From NCBI GenBank assembly GCA_015233115.1, contig JADFYJ010000003.1, positions 40,536 through 104,535 of the forward strand: a stretch of DNA of 64,000 nt. Direction: 5' to 3'. Positions 38,085 through 47,343 of this stretch are shown piece after piece (the stretch's first letter is position 1; every line of letters starts with the position of its first letter). The notes below the pieces were generated by a model. That model made no database searches. It was not told the origin of the DNA and worked only from the letters and a program-made list of their open reading frames with translations. Source of the stretch: Candidatus Omnitrophota bacterium. Lineage in GTDB: Bacteria > Omnitrophota > Gorgyraeia > Zapsychrales > Zapsychraceae. Both the position numbers and the translations under genes were made by a program.

Positions 38085-39605
38085 CTACCATTTCCTATCC
38101 AAACTTCTGTACTGAATGGCCTCTGCAATGTGAGAGGTTTGAATGTGTTCGGATCCCTCGAGATCAGAGATAGTTCGGCTCACCTTGAGAATTTTATTAT
38201 AGGCCCGGGCTGACAAGCCCAATTCTTCAATCGCTTGTTTGAGCAGGTTTTTTCCGTCGTCATTTATTTCACAAAATTTTTTGATCTGCCGGGAGGACAT
38301 AAAGGCGTTGGCAAAGGTTTGGTCGTCTTTGAAGCGTTCTTTTTGAATTTCGCGAGCTTGCCCGGTTCGTTTTTTAATTTCGCTTGAATTTTCTTCATCG
38401 GTAGTTTTAAGTAAAGAGAGCGTGTCTAAAGCTGGAACATCTAAATGGATATCGATCCGGTCCAGTATGGGGCCGGAAATTCTTGATACATATTTTTCGA
38501 CCTGTAAAGGGTTACAGCGGCAAGCTTTTTTTTTATCGGCCAAGTGTCCGCACGGGCAAGGATTCATCGCGCAGACTAACATAAACTTGGCGGGAAATTT
38601 TAAAGATGTAGCGGCCCGGGAAATGGTGACCACATGGTCTTCCATGGGTTGCCGTAATGATTCCAAAACAGTCCGGTTAAATTCTGGAAACTCGTCGAGA
38701 AATAGCACGCCGTTATGGCCCAGCGTGATTTCTCCCGGCTTGGGTATGGTGCCGCCTCCCACAATGGCAGCGCTTGAGGTGGTATGATGCGGAGAGCGAA
38801 AGGGGCGCTGACTGACCAGCCCTTTTTCTTTAGCCATTAAGCCAGCGACAGAATGAATTTGGGTGGTTTCCATGGCTTCTTCCCAAGTCATATCGGGTAA
38901 TATGGTAGGTATGCGCTGAGCCAGCATGCTTTTGCCGCTTCCCGGCGGCCCGATCATCAGGACATTATGCGCGCCGGCAGACGCCACTTCTAACCCGCGT
39001 TTGACATGGCGTTGACCTCTGACTTCACAGAAATCCACCAGATAAGGACAGGCTGTTTCTGTTTTGGGTTCCGGTTGAAAGGGGGTAATAAATTCAACGT
39101 TGTTTAAAAGATTAATCACATCGTTTAACGTGTGGACAGGGAAGATGCGGGTTTTATTGAAGATGGAGGCTTCCTCGGCATTTTCAAAAGGAACAATTAA
39201 GCCTTCAAATTTATCTTTGTACGCAGCCATGGAAATGGGCAGAGACCCTTTGATGGGTTTAACTTTTCCATCTAATGACAGTTCGCCAACCATGGCGAAT
39301 TTATGCAAGTGTTGTCCATTAATCTGTTCCGACCCGGCTAAAATTCCTAAGGCCATAGGCAGGTCAAAGGAAGGGCCTTCTTTTTTAATATCAGCGGGAG
39401 AAAGGTTAATGGTGATTTTGCGAGGGTCGAAAGCATAGCCGCTGTTTTTGATAGCGGACCTGACCCGTTCTTTACTTTCTTTGATGGCATTGTCCGGCAG
39501 TCCTACAATGGTATTGCACGGAAAGCCTTTGCAAACGTCGGTTTCAATGGTCACTAAAAAAGCGTCTAAGCCGATAATACCGTAACTGTAAGTTTTGGAT
39601 AACAT
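38085..39605 (-). CDS. comM: ComM/YifB Mg-chelatase-like AAA+ ATPase
   Basis: IVGLPD.AIKES.ERVRSA, GPPGSGKS, PFRSPHH, LFLDEFPEF, AMNPCPCG. Confidence 0.93.
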   Translation of the reverse strand: MLSKTYSYGIIGLDAFLVTIETDVCKGFPCNTIVGLPDNAIKESKERVRSAIKNSGYAFDPRKITINLSPADIKKEGPSFDLPMALGILAGSEQINGQHLHKFAMVGELSLDGKVKPIKGSLPISMAAYKDKFEGLIVPFENAEEASIFNKTRIFPVHTLNDVINLLNNVEFITPFQPEPKTETACPYLVDFCEVRGQRHVKRGLEVASAGAHNVLMIGPPGSGKSMLAQRIPTILPDMTWEEAMETTQIHSVAGLMAKEKGLVSQRPFRSPHHTTSSAAIVGGGTIPKPGEITLGHNGVLFLDEFPEFNRTVLESLRQPMEDHVVTISRAATSLKFPAKFMLVCAMNPCPCGHLADKKKACRCNPLQVEKYVSRISGPILDRIDIHLDVPALDTLSLLKTTDEENSSEIKKRTGQAREIQKERFKDDQTFANAFMSSRQIKKFCEINDDGKNLLKQAIEELGLSARAYNKILKVSRTISDLEGSEHIQTSHIAEAIQYRSLDRKW

Positions 39606-39834
39606 GAGACTCCTCTAAGTAGTTGATAATGAATTACTTAGAGGGTTGTAAGGGGCAAGCGAGATAAAGTGTTGCTTTTATTTTTTCAAATAATATAATG
39701 TAACCTATCATATCAGTTTAAAACCGTCAATAATTAAATAAATCTAAATAGCATGTGGCTTGTTGTGGAAAAGCTATTGGTGTTATAATAAAAAATGGTT
39801 GATTGGAAAGAATAGAATTGCCTAATAAGTTTTA

Positions 39835-40695
39835 ATGTTTAACTATACGGGAGGGTTTGTGAATAAACGTAATTTAATTATCGCAGGGATCGCTGTGATC
39901 ATCGTGGCTTTGATTTGGCTGGGTGTGGCTAAAAAACACGCCGAATCTGTGCCGGTAGTTGAAGCCGCTTCAAGCACGACTGAAAAGAATTCTTCAGCCC
40001 GGGATATGTATCAAAAAGCCGTTGAACTGCAAAAAACCGGCAAACAAGAAGAAGCTAAAAAAGTTTATCAAAATATAATGACTGAGCATCCTGATTTTGA
40101 GCAGATCGAGACTGTTCAAACTTCATTAGGGTCATTGAATGTGGAGCAAATTTTTTCCAAAAAAATGATTGATGGTAAAACGGTAGAGTATGAAATTGCT
40201 CCGGGAGATTCATTAGCCAAGATCGCTAAAAAATTTGGGACAACGATGTCTTTAGTCAAGCGTAGTAATGGCATGAAAACAGATACAGTCCGTTTGGGTC
40301 AAAAGTTGAGGATATGGACGGGTAAATTTAACATTTTGGTCAACAAGGCGCAAAATGTTTTGATGCTCAAGGAAGGCAATGAGGTTGTTAAAGTTTACCG
40401 CGTCTCTACTGGAAAAGAAAATTCAACACCTGTGGGAACATATAAAATCAAGGTCAAACAGGTGAATCCAGTTTGGTATAGCAAAACAGGAGTGTATCCT
40501 CCAGAAAGTCCTGAGAACCAATTGGGAAGCCGCTGGATGGGATTTGACCTTGAAAGTTATGGAATTCATGGTACTATAGCCCCCGATAAAATTGGCCAGC
40601 AAGTTACCGCTGGATGTGTACGTATGGCCAATCCGGATGTAGAAGAATTGTACGATTTAGTTCCGCAAGGGACGGAAGTGCGGATAATTGATTAA
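39835..40695 (+). CDS. L,D-transpeptidase (YkuD) with LysM and TPR-like N-terminus
   Basis: YEIAPGDSLAKIAKKF LysM; YGIHGT...TAGCVRM catalytic motif. Confidence 0.9.
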   Translation: MFNYTGGFVNKRNLIIAGIAVIIVALIWLGVAKKHAESVPVVEAASSTTEKNSSARDMYQKAVELQKTGKQEEAKKVYQNIMTEHPDFEQIETVQTSLGSLNVEQIFSKKMIDGKTVEYEIAPGDSLAKIAKKFGTTMSLVKRSNGMKTDTVRLGQKLRIWTGKFNILVNKAQNVLMLKEGNEVVKVYRVSTGKENSTPVGTYKIKVKQVNPVWYSKTGVYPPESPENQLGSRWMGFDLESYGIHGTIAPDKIGQQVTAGCVRMANPDVEELYDLVPQGTEVRIID

Positions 40696-40696
40696 A

Positions 40697-40917
40697 AGTA
40701 ACCGAGTAACCGAGTAACCGAGTAACCGAGTAACAGAGCAAAAGCGAACGGGGACAAAAATTTAAAGAACACGATAAAAGAAGACTCGGAAATAAAAACA
40801 TAAAAGCTCGGATAATCGGAATATAATTAATTTTTTGTAATTTTTAGTTTTTTTGCGAATCGTTTTTTGTTGTTTCTTTGTTACTTTGTTACTCTGTTAC
40901 TTTGTCACTTTGTTACT
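40697..40917. repeat. Inverted octamer tandem arrays (AGTAACCG)n ... (TTGTTACT)n
   Basis: 5 units at 40697-40736 and 5 complementary units at 40878-40917; second element at 49970-50107. Confidence 0.85.
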
Positions 40918-40937
40918 ATTAAAATTGGAGACAGTGA

Positions 40938-41888
40938 ATGGCTATTTTGGAATTTGAAAAACCTATATATCAGATTGAAGAAAAAATTCAGGAATTGCGG
41001 GATTTGGGAGAAAAAAATTCAGCAGGTATTTCACCGGAAATCAAGCGGTTACATAAAAAGCTTGAGCAATTGAAAAAAGAGATTTATGGGAAGTTGACGG
41101 TATGGCAGAGAATTCAAGTTGCCCGCCATCCGGATCGTCCTTATATGCTGGATTATGTCCGTGCCATGATGACGGATTTTGTGGAATTGCATGGGGACCG
41201 GCAATTCGCGGATGATTTTGCGATGCTCGCTGGTTTTGCCATGTTTGAAGGTGAAAAAGTGATGGTGATTGGCCAGCAAAAAGGCCGTGATACCAATGAA
41301 AATATTAAACGTAATTTTGGCTGTGCTCATCCGGAAGGATACCGGAAAGCTATGCGGATGATGCGGTTGGCTGAAAAATTTCACGTTCCCATTTTAGTTT
41401 TTGTGGATACTCCAGGTGCGTATCCGGGCGTAGGAGCTGAAGAGCGCGGGCAGGCTCAGGCCATTGCGGAAAATTTACGGGATATGATGCTGATTAAGAC
41501 ACCTATTATCGCGACTGTGATTGGTGAAGGCGGCAGCGGCGGTGCTTTAGGGATAGGTGTAGCGGATCGAGTGTTTATATTGCAACATGCCTATTATTCT
41601 GTTATTTCACCGGAAGGGTGCGCATCCATTCTTTGGAGAAATGCGGTCAAAGCTCCGGATGCCGCAGAAGCGTTAAAACTTATGGGGGAAGATTTAGTAA
41701 AATTTAAAGTTATCGACGGGATCATTCCTGAGCCGTCCGGCGGAGCGCATCGTGATCCGGAATTGGTTTGCAGCGGTATGCGGAAATCCTTTCTTGAAAA
41801 TTTGGCAGCGCTCAAAGCCTTATCCACCCAAGATCTCCTGGATAAACGCTACCAGCGGTTTCGTCAAATTGGCGAATTTATAGAATAG
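40938..41888 (+). CDS. accA: Acetyl-CoA carboxylase carboxyltransferase alpha
   Basis: LEFEKPI, ARHPDRP, PEGYRKA, DTPGAYPG, GEGGSGGALG. Confidence 0.97.
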   Translation: MAILEFEKPIYQIEEKIQELRDLGEKNSAGISPEIKRLHKKLEQLKKEIYGKLTVWQRIQVARHPDRPYMLDYVRAMMTDFVELHGDRQFADDFAMLAGFAMFEGEKVMVIGQQKGRDTNENIKRNFGCAHPEGYRKAMRMMRLAEKFHVPILVFVDTPGAYPGVGAEERGQAQAIAENLRDMMLIKTPIIATVIGEGGSGGALGIGVADRVFILQHAYYSVISPEGCASILWRNAVKAPDAAEALKLMGEDLVKFKVIDGIIPEPSGGAHRDPELVCSGMRKSFLENLAALKALSTQDLLDKRYQRFRQIGEFIE

Positions 41889-41955
41889 AAACAGGTAAAG
41901 AGGCTATAGGCTATAGGAAAAAAAGCGATTGGTGATTAAATAACGACAAAAACGA

Positions 41956-42969
41956 ATGATAAAAAAAGATATAAAAGATTTATCGCTTAACGAGTTTGGT
42001 TCTTTCCTGCAAAAGCATCAATACCCGCCATTTCGTGCGGCCCAAATTTGGAAATGGCTTTTTCAAAAAGCCGAGCTAGATATAGACCGCATGGTTAATT
42101 TACCTGCTACGCTGCGTCAATTATTAAACGAACATTTTTGTTTTCATTCCTTAACAGAACGGTCAACGCAGACGTCATCCGACGGCACTATAAAAAAATT
42201 ATTCGTATTACCTGACGGGGAATTAATTGAGACAGTGGTGATTCCGGCTGAAGGACGGAAAACTGTCTGCGTGTCAACGCAGGCTGGCTGCAAATTCGGG
42301 TGTAAATTCTGCGCGAGCGGATTAAAAGGATTCAAACGCAGCCTGACTGCAGGAGAAATTTGTGAGCAAATTTTATTAATGGGGCCGGATGTGACACATG
42401 TCGTGTTTATGGGTGTAGGTGAACCTATGGATAACTATGAGAATGTGATGAAAGCGGTACACACGATTAACGCGAAAGAAGGCATGGGTATTGCGGCCCG
42501 GCGGATTACGATTTCAACCTGCGGCATTATTCCCGGTATCGAACGCATGGCTAAAGAAGGGTTGCAGATTGAATTAGCCGTTTCTTTGCACGCTTCGAAT
42601 GATCAATTACGCAATGAATTTATGCCGGTTAATAAAAGATATTCTCTCAAGGATCTTATCAAGTGTTGCCGGCAATATACAGAAAAAACAAACCGTCAAG
42701 TGACCTTTGAATATATTTTAATAAAAGATGTGACGTGCATAGAAAAGGCGGCGGAAGAATTGGGACGGCTGTTAAAGGGAATGTTGTGTAAATTAAATTT
42801 AATTGTTTATAACCCGGTTCCGGAATTTAATTTTCAATCTGTTTCGAAAAAAGAAATTGCCTTGTTTCAAAAATGGTTGACGCAGTACGGTATTCATTCT
42901 ACTGTGCGTGCCTCCCGTGGCCAGGACGTGTCAGCCGCGTGTGGACAGTTAAGAAGAAATAGTATGTAG
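41956..42969 (+). CDS. rlmN: Dual-specificity RNA methyltransferase RlmN
   Basis: CVSTQAGCKFGCKFCASG radical SAM motif, VFMGVGEP, AACGQL. Confidence 0.95.
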   Translation: MIKKDIKDLSLNEFGSFLQKHQYPPFRAAQIWKWLFQKAELDIDRMVNLPATLRQLLNEHFCFHSLTERSTQTSSDGTIKKLFVLPDGELIETVVIPAEGRKTVCVSTQAGCKFGCKFCASGLKGFKRSLTAGEICEQILLMGPDVTHVVFMGVGEPMDNYENVMKAVHTINAKEGMGIAARRITISTCGIIPGIERMAKEGLQIELAVSLHASNDQLRNEFMPVNKRYSLKDLIKCCRQYTEKTNRQVTFEYILIKDVTCIEKAAEELGRLLKGMLCKLNLIVYNPVPEFNFQSVSKKEIALFQKWLTQYGIHSTVRASRGQDVSAACGQLRRNSM

Positions 42970-42991
42970 TATGTCGTATGTAGCGTCGATC

Positions 42992-43528
42992 CTAATTCTT
43001 AATTTTTAATTCGGAATTAGGGTGAGCACCCATTTGTTGCAGCATTTTCTGCATATTGGGATTTTTTAAAAGCTCTTCTGTTTTAGGATTATCTTTAATC
43101 GCCTCAACATTTTGGCTCATGATGGCTTTCATGAATTCAGGATCTTGAATAATATTCATGATTTCTTTGTCATTGATCAGTCCTTGAACTTGCTGCATCA
43201 TGTTGGGATCCGCCAGAATTTTATTTTGCATAGCTTTAATATCCGGACTAGCCGCATTCATTTGATTCTGTAAAACTTGAGGATTTGTTTCTGCTGGCTT
43301 AGTTTGAGGAATAGCGGGATTATTGATGTTAGCCACATCTTCGGCTTTAATGGTTAAATTACCCAGGGTTTCGGTTTTGATGGTGTATAAGCCATTATTG
43401 AGACTGGTGACTTGGCCTTTAATATTGGAACCATCTTTTAGGTGGATGATATTTTCTGCGTTAACGGTGGGGGAGAAACAAAGAGTGAACAGAAAAGTCA
43501 AAACGGGAAGAAATTTTTTAAAGTGCAT
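42992..43528 (-). CDS. Secreted hypothetical protein with STI1-like DP repeats
   Basis: Signal peptide, IHLKDGSNIKGQV beta module, Met/Gln-rich ADPNMM/QDPEFM/DNPK repeats; GGAG RBS. Confidence 0.7.
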   Translation of the reverse strand: MHFKKFLPVLTFLFTLCFSPTVNAENIIHLKDGSNIKGQVTSLNNGLYTIKTETLGNLTIKAEDVANINNPAIPQTKPAETNPQVLQNQMNAASPDIKAMQNKILADPNMMQQVQGLINDKEIMNIIQDPEFMKAIMSQNVEAIKDNPKTEELLKNPNMQKMLQQMGAHPNSELKIKN

Positions 43529-43574
43529 GAGGGCTCCTTTGTTCGAGTCACTTCGATTCTTTATTTATAAAAAA

Positions 43575-43658
43575 TGCCGGGGAAGGGAATCGAACCCACA
43601 TGAGCTTGCGCTCACTGGTTTTTGAGACCAGCGCGTCTACCAATTTCGCCACCCCGGC
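43575..43658 (-). tRNA. tRNA-Leu(CAA)
   Basis: Minus strand GCCGGGG...CTGGT-CTCAAAA-ACCAG, long variable arm, TTCGATT, CCCCGGC-A. Confidence 0.95.
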
Positions 43659-43678
43659 GTGTAATAAAATCGAAAAAT

Positions 43679-43796
43679 ATGGAGCTGAGGGGGATCGGCG
43701 CCCTACGGGTCGGCCACTCGCCTCATAAGCCAGATGCTCCTATTCGTCGCATCTAATCGGCTCTCTTCGTTTCCCCTTAACAGCAAATTTTATAAA
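43679..43796 (-). repeat. ~117-bp structured insert ending in a duplicate of the tRNA-Ala 3' end
   Basis: ATGGAGCTGAGGGGGATCG at 43679-43697 and 43796-43814; nested hairpins between. Confidence 0.75.
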
Positions 43797-43869
43797 TGGA
43801 GCTGAGGGGGATCGAACCCCTGGCCTATTGCATGCCATGCAATCGCTCTCCCAGCTGAGCTACAGCCCC
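43797..43869 (-). tRNA. tRNA-Ala(GGC)
   Basis: Minus strand GGGGCTG...ATTGC-ATGGCAT-GCAAT...AGGGG-TTCGATC-CCCCT-CAGCTCC-A; G3:U70 pair. Confidence 0.95.
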
Positions 43870-43956
43870 TAGTGTCCTGGGCAAAAAAGCTGACCCAATA
43901 TAACACTCAATATTTTTATTGTCAATAGATTGGCTGGGTCTGTATACTGATCTCTT

Positions 43957-44700
43957 ATGAAAGATTCAAATTTAAAAACTCGATATATCGGCCAGCCCAT
44001 GAAATGGTTTGAAGAGGTTTCTTCCACCATGGATTTGGCCATGAAATGTGGATTGGATGGCGCGGCCGAAGGATTGGTAATCGGAGCGGACAGACAGACT
44101 GCGGGCAGGGGCAGGTTTAACCGAAAATGGGAATCTCCGGCAGGAACAGGTTTGTATTTTTCAATTGTGCTCCGTCCATATATCGACGGAAAAGAACTTT
44201 TTGCTTTAACGTTTTTATCAGCTGTGGCGGTTTGTGAAGTATTGCGGGCTTTAGGCGTGAACGCTGCCATTAAATGGCCGAATGATATATTGGTTGAAAA
44301 TAAAAAAATTTGCGGTATTTTGACTCAGGCTGAATTTAAAGGCAGTAGTCTGGAATTTGTGGTTGTGGGTATAGGCGTAAACGTGAATACAGCGGAAAAA
44401 GATATGCCAGCAGGTGGCGGTTCAATATTTTCCGTGACCGGACAGATGTTTGACCGGGAAAATATTTTGGCGGGGATTCTGGCGCGCGTTGAATTTTGGT
44501 ATGACTGTTTGAAAAAAGAAGGCAGTCAGCCGATCTTGAAATCCTGGAAAGGGTTGTGCGGGACTTTAGGAACTTATGTTAAAATAACGGATGCGCAGAA
44601 AACCGTGGAAGGGCAAGCGGTGGATGTGGCAGATAATGGCGCTCTTTTAGTTGAGCAAAAAGATGGGAACAGAATAAAAGTATTAACGGGAAACATATAA
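43957..44700 (+). CDS. birA: Biotin-protein ligase (group I, no HTH)
   Basis: QTAGRGR, KWPNDI, KKICGIL, GIGVNV. Confidence 0.93.
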   Translation: MKDSNLKTRYIGQPMKWFEEVSSTMDLAMKCGLDGAAEGLVIGADRQTAGRGRFNRKWESPAGTGLYFSIVLRPYIDGKELFALTFLSAVAVCEVLRALGVNAAIKWPNDILVENKKICGILTQAEFKGSSLEFVVVGIGVNVNTAEKDMPAGGGSIFSVTGQMFDRENILAGILARVEFWYDCLKKEGSQPILKSWKGLCGTLGTYVKITDAQKTVEGQAVDVADNGALLVEQKDGNRIKVLTGNI

Positions 44701-44704
44701 ATTT

Positions 44705-45523
44705 ATGCCTTCGATAAAAACAAATCATCATATTAACTGGAATTACGAAACAGAAGGAACAGGTAAGGACTTGCTTTTTATTCATGGGTGGGGTGTGGAT
44801 TTAAGGATTTGGCGTCAGCAGCTTAAATATTTTTCGACACATCGACGGGTGATTAGTGTTGATCTTCCTGGGCATGGCTCGACCGACTGGCAGCCTGATT
44901 TTACTTTAGCCCAGATTGCCGAAGACGTCATAACGATTTTGGAAGCTGAAGAAGCGCAGGATGTGGATGTGGTGGGAAGCTCATTGGGAGGATTGGTCGC
45001 TTTAAAAAGTTTTGAAGCTGACCCTGCCATGTTTGGTTCTTTAATTTTTGTCGGATCTATGCCGCGGTTTTCTAAGACCTCGGAGTATCCGTATGGCGTG
45101 GATGTACAACAAATGTTGAAAGTGTCCCGCCAATTGCAGATGAAATTCCCGGATGTTCTGAAATCTTTTTTTCGGTCTACCTTTACTTTTGAAGAACGCC
45201 AGTCGCGCCGGTTTAAGTGGATGGAACGTTTCCGTAGGGATGCTGAGCCGCCCAATTTAAACGCTATTAAAGAATATTTGGAAATTATATATGATGAAGA
45301 TTTGCGGGACGTGCTGATGCGGGTGAATATTCCGGTCGCGTTTTTTTACGGAGAAGGAGATGTGATCTGCCCCCTTGCCGCGATGGAAGAAATGAAAAAA
45401 ATTGTTCCTGCCGGGACATTTCAAAGTTTTGAAAAGCTAGGCCATTTTCCTTTTTTAACCGCGCCGGATCAATTTAATGAAGTTTTGGATGGGTTTTTAA
45501 AGCTACGAGGTAATAGGCAATAG
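44705..45523 (+). CDS. Alpha/beta hydrolase, BioH-like
   Basis: HGWG, DLPGHG, GSSLGG nucleophile, GHFPF; follows birA. Confidence 0.8.
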   Translation: MPSIKTNHHINWNYETEGTGKDLLFIHGWGVDLRIWRQQLKYFSTHRRVISVDLPGHGSTDWQPDFTLAQIAEDVITILEAEEAQDVDVVGSSLGGLVALKSFEADPAMFGSLIFVGSMPRFSKTSEYPYGVDVQQMLKVSRQLQMKFPDVLKSFFRSTFTFEERQSRRFKWMERFRRDAEPPNLNAIKEYLEIIYDEDLRDVLMRVNIPVAFFYGEGDVICPLAAMEEMKKIVPAGTFQSFEKLGHFPFLTAPDQFNEVLDGFLKLRGNRQ

Positions 45524-45537
45524 GTTATGGCGCTTTA

Positions 45538-45687
45538 GTCGTAGGGGCGATCTCCTGATCGCCCGAACTATAAAGATTTATAAATTTAACATTCTAGGGC
45601 AGTTGTTTTGATTTGGTCTGAAATGTTTAATTGAAATATAAAAACAAATATTTTTTAAGCGGGCGATCGGGAGATCGCCCCTACGAC
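45538..45687. repeat. GTAG-family REP doublet (REPIN-like)
   Basis: GTCGTAGGGGCGATCTCCTGATCGCCC and GGGCGATCGGGAGATCGCCCCTACGAC inverted around an AT-rich spacer. Confidence 0.85.
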
Positions 45688-45693
45688 AAAAAT

Positions 45694-46767
45694 ATGAAAA
45701 ATATTATAACTAATAAATGTGTTGCTGTCGCCATGAGCGGGGGGGTGGATTCTTCCGTTACCGCGGCGATCTTAAAAGAAAAAGGCGCTAAGGTTTTTGG
45801 AGTGACTATGCGGTTTGCGTGCCGGCATCCTTTTTCCGGGAAAAATTTTTCCTGGGGAGATGAAGGCGTTGTAAAAGCCCAAAGGGTTGCCGCGATTTTG
45901 GGAATTGAGCATCATACATTGGATTTATCCGGTGCCATGGATGAATACGTTATCCGTTATTTTACGTCGGAATACATGAATGCCCGCACGCCTAATCCGT
46001 GCGTGATGTGCAACCGAAAAGTCAAGTTTGACGCGTTGTGGGCAGAAGCAAAAAAGTTGGGTGCTGAGTTTTTAGCGACCGGTCATTATGCCCGTATTGA
46101 AAATATTTCTGGAGAATGGCGAATTAAAAAGGCGGTTGATCCTAAAAAGGATCAGTCCTATTTTTTATGGGCCATCGATAAAAATGTTCTTCCGTTTATT
46201 TTATTTCCATTGGCTGATTTGACTAAGCCTGAAGTCCGTATTTTATCGGAAAAATACGGTTTGCCCTCGCATCAACAAAAAGAAAGCCAGGATATCTGTT
46301 TTGTGCCGGATGGGTATAAAAAATTTTTAGATGAACAAATAGATACATCTATTTTTAAGCCTGGAAATTTTATTGATCAGAACGGCAAAGTGGTTGGTCA
46401 GCATCAGGGAATTTTAAATTATACGGTAGGGCAAAGAGAAAATTTGGGCATCGCCCTCGGTCACCGGGTCTATATATCAAAAATTGATAAAGAAAAAAAT
46501 GAAATTCACTTGGTCCTTAAAGATCAAGTTTATTCAAATGAGCTGGTTGCAGATCAGGTGAATGTGTTGTCGGATAAGTTGCGCGATTTGAAAACAGTAC
46601 AAGCCCAGGCTCGTTATGGTGCGCCTATCTGTGGTGCGGCAGTCACGTGGATCAATAATGCTCAGGTAAAAGTTATTTTTGATGCCCCGCAGTTTGCCAT
46701 CACCCCAGGGCAATCCGTTGTGTTTTACGATCAGGATGTTTTGCTTGGGGGAGGGATCATTGTTTAA
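45694..46767 (+). CDS. mnmA: tRNA 2-thiouridylase
   Basis: AMSGGVDSS, PNPCVMCN, ATGHYA, KDQSYFL, ESQDICF, TPGQ; start reset to ATG 45694 after the REP. Confidence 0.95.
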   Translation: MKNIITNKCVAVAMSGGVDSSVTAAILKEKGAKVFGVTMRFACRHPFSGKNFSWGDEGVVKAQRVAAILGIEHHTLDLSGAMDEYVIRYFTSEYMNARTPNPCVMCNRKVKFDALWAEAKKLGAEFLATGHYARIENISGEWRIKKAVDPKKDQSYFLWAIDKNVLPFILFPLADLTKPEVRILSEKYGLPSHQQKESQDICFVPDGYKKFLDEQIDTSIFKPGNFIDQNGKVVGQHQGILNYTVGQRENLGIALGHRVYISKIDKEKNEIHLVLKDQVYSNELVADQVNVLSDKLRDLKTVQAQARYGAPICGAAVTWINNAQVKVIFDAPQFAITPGQSVVFYDQDVLLGGGIIV

Positions 46768-46819
46768 GATTGATTTTATTGTGTTATTATGTTATTATTT
46801 TATTGGAAGGAGATGAGAT

Positions 46820-47062
46820 ATGGGGAATAAATCAAATTTAAATATTACTTTGGATAAAAAGATTATTTACTCGGTCGATTTGTGCCGAGGACAGTTGCCA
46901 CGTTCGACTTTTATTAATAAAATTTTGGATGAGGCGCTGAAAAAAGAACAGGATGCGTTTGATTGGGGTACTGAAAATGGATTGGCGGAAGCTGACATTA
47001 AAATGGGTAAAGTAAAGAAATTCACACATAAATCCGAGGCCATGAAATGGCTAAAGAGCTAG
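46820..47062 (+). CDS. Type II antitoxin (RHH-like)
   Basis: NITLD...PRSTFINKILDEAL; AEADIKMGKVKKF tail; overlaps downstream toxin; AGGAG RBS. Confidence 0.7.
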   Translation: MGNKSNLNITLDKKIIYSVDLCRGQLPRSTFINKILDEALKKEQDAFDWGTENGLAEADIKMGKVKKFTHKSEAMKWLKS

Positions 47063-47316
47063 TCTTCACGGAACGTTTTAAGAAAAATTTCAAAGATCTT
47101 CCTCTTAATATTCAGGAACGTTTTGAAGAGAAACTCGAAATTTTTCTGAGTAATCCGAAACACCCATCGTTGCAAATCCACCGCTTCACGGGAATAGACG
47201 GGGTCTGGGAAGTATATGTGACTCAAAAATACCGTTTTACTTTTTCAGTGACAAAAGAGAGTATAATGTTTCGTAATATCGGCGGCCACAGGATTATTGA
47301 CCGAGGGAACGTTTAA
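47047..47316 (+). CDS. RelE/ParE-superfamily toxin
   Basis: FTERFKKNFKDL...NPKHPSLQIH...WEVYVTQKYRFTF...RNIGGH. Confidence 0.85.
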   Translation: MAKELVFTERFKKNFKDLPLNIQERFEEKLEIFLSNPKHPSLQIHRFTGIDGVWEVYVTQKYRFTFSVTKESIMFRNIGGHRIIDRGNV

Positions 47317-47343
47317 CCAGCATCAAATGATAGATTGTCGAAT

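Noticed and set aside
40697-40917. Possible CRISPR array (also considered for 37927-37995 and the heptamer arrays)
   Set aside because: Units are contiguous or separated by only 3 nt, with no unique 25-45 nt spacers and no cas genes
45631-45693. Extended N-termini given by the ORF track for mnmA (also bamD 59449-59610 and rpsT 62201-62287)
   Set aside because: Extensions are read through palindromic elements or promoters; downstream starts match family N-termini
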